A stretch of DNA of 62,653 nucleotides, counting the filler, from Choristocarpus tenellus KU-1152 (Eukaryota > Protista > Phaeophyceae), in assembly GCA_964200185.2 (NCBI GenBank). It is 11 parts of 11 records of this genome, joined end to end, with 100 filler letters (N's around TTAATTAATTAA, not from the genome) between each part and the next. Parts side by side here need not be neighbours in the genome. Positions count along the whole stretch, not along the records: positions 57,937 to 62,653 come from CAXNAD020013360.1; 10 more parts are not named here. One strand, written 5' to 3'. The notes under the pieces were generated by a model. The model did not search any database. It saw only the letters and a program-made list of their open reading frames with translations, and had not been told where the DNA came from. Made by a program: the position numbers and the translations under genes. Below, piece after piece: positions 61,315-62,653 of this stretch (position 1 is the first letter of the stretch; the number at the start of each line of letters is the position of its first letter).

Positions 61315-62160
61315 TCAGAAACATGTACGTATCACACGTGTGACTTTGATTGTCAAATCTTTCTCCCGCACTGTTTGTGATAGTTCAAACATATCATCGG
61401 TGAACCTCCTAATCATTTGATTACTCATTCCAAAACATTTTTTGAGATCCTGGGCAAGGGAATAACAATAGTCAAGGCTACAACACCCAAGCAGTATTGC
61501 CAGCATGCAAAGTGATGCCAAGAGGATGCAGAAGACGTGGGATGCCATCATCTCCTTGACTCGTCAGAGTTCAAGCTCTAGGTCCATGATGGAGGTGTCC
61601 TACTCCACGACCATTTCCTCTGTTGTTTTCGACTTCTTCCTCAGGCCTGTCATCCTAATGGCATCCTGAGCCCTTCTCCTATCTGCCTCTTCTTGTTCAT
61701 GATGCATACTCAAAATCAGATTCTTATAGTGCGTGTTCTCTGCAGGGATGGTCAGGTCCATGGCAAATCTTTCAACCGATGCTTCCTCCATTATTTCTTA
61801 TACCTCATCCGTGCCACTGGTGCCCTTGCCCCACCCGCGGGGGCAGCCCCCTCACATGTCTTCTTTCTCTTTGCTGTAACCAACGAAGCTTGTATTGCTT
61901 TTTTCAGCCTCAAGATGTCCTATCAAGCAGGTCACCTCTGCCCTTGCCTGCTCCGCCTCATCAGACTTCGCTCTGACCTGTGCTTGAAGTGCCCTCTCCC
62001 TGGCAACAGACGTGGCTCTGTGGCTGCTTCCCACAGGTACTTTCTCGAGGCAGTCTCTGACGCTTGGGTTGCCCATTCCCTCTCTGTTTTGAGTTGGTTG
62101 AACAAGGCAAGGACTGTCGCCTCCAGTCCCTCCATCACCACCTGTTGCATCAGTGGCACG
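61315..62160 (-). pseudogene. Disrupted coiled-coil ORF (possible TE ORF1/gag-like or host pseudogene)
   Basis: Consecutive short ORFs (61932-62159, 61852-62307, 61600-61791, 61315-61551) read as one E/K/R/A-rich helical protein broken by stops and a frameshift. Confidence 0.45.
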
Positions 62161-62653
62161 AATCATGAAATAAGAACAAGGGTGAGTGAATGGAGTGTAG
62201 TCTAAGCAACATCTATCCCACTTCCAAGAAATCAGAAGTGATCCTGTGTATTCGCTTTTAGAAGGAAAGTTATCCTTGGCATGGAGCTCGATCCCCACTC
62301 TTTCCATGATGTAAACAATTTCATGACATCGACATCATTTGAGTAGGATGATATTGCTAAATCACAAGCTGAATGTTGGACAAAATCGTCTCATATCAAC
62401 CGTAGAGGAGAGTAATGAACTGGCACGTGTCTGTGAGATGGTTATCAGCTTGCCTGTGTGTTGCATATCAGCCTGATGGGGTAGAAAAGGCAAGGGCAGA
62501 GGCGACCTCCTTAGCTTGTGGTCTAACAGGATTGTCCTGACAAGTGTGCTTTGGACTACACTCCATTCACTCACCCTTGTTCTTATTTCATGATTCGTGC
62601 CACTGATGCAACAGGTGGTGATGGAGGGACTGGAGGCGACAGTCCTTGCCTTG
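62103..62653. repeat. Perfect inverted repeat, arms 62103-62202 and 62554-62653 (runs off window), 351-nt spacer
   Basis: The 100 visible nt are an exact reverse complement. Confidence 0.95.

Overview
The window is not contiguous. It is 11 short contigs of an intron-rich eukaryotic draft assembly joined by 100-nt artificial linkers (N44-TTAATTAATTAA-N44). Gene content, GT-AG introns, a bipartite plastid-type presequence and interstitial TTAGGG tracts suggest a photosynthetic stramenopile, probably brown-algal or related (inference). Genes spliced by hand: a MORN-repeat protein (3' part), a 786-aa unknown protein with degenerate EF-hand-like segments, NUP85 (5' part), LSM4, an intronless cyclin, four exons of a CFAP53-like coiled-coil protein, a small IQ-motif protein and a Fringe/GT31 glycosyltransferase fragment. 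The most unusual feature is a six-exon gene (10486-13883, +, 545 aa) lying head-to-head with LSM4. It encodes signal+transit peptide - (NUMOD4-HNH)x2 - (AP2)x2, i.e. an apparently domesticated, probably nuclease-dead and probably plastid-targeted derivative of phage-type HNH-AP2 homing endonucleases. The rest is repeat-rich: two related MITE families with CAAAGTATCT termini and 3-bp TSDs, a Stowaway-like TA-flanked element, decayed LINE and Ty3/Gypsy remnants, two large inverted repeats and many mini/microsatellites. All family assignments come from motif recognition by eye; no searches were run.
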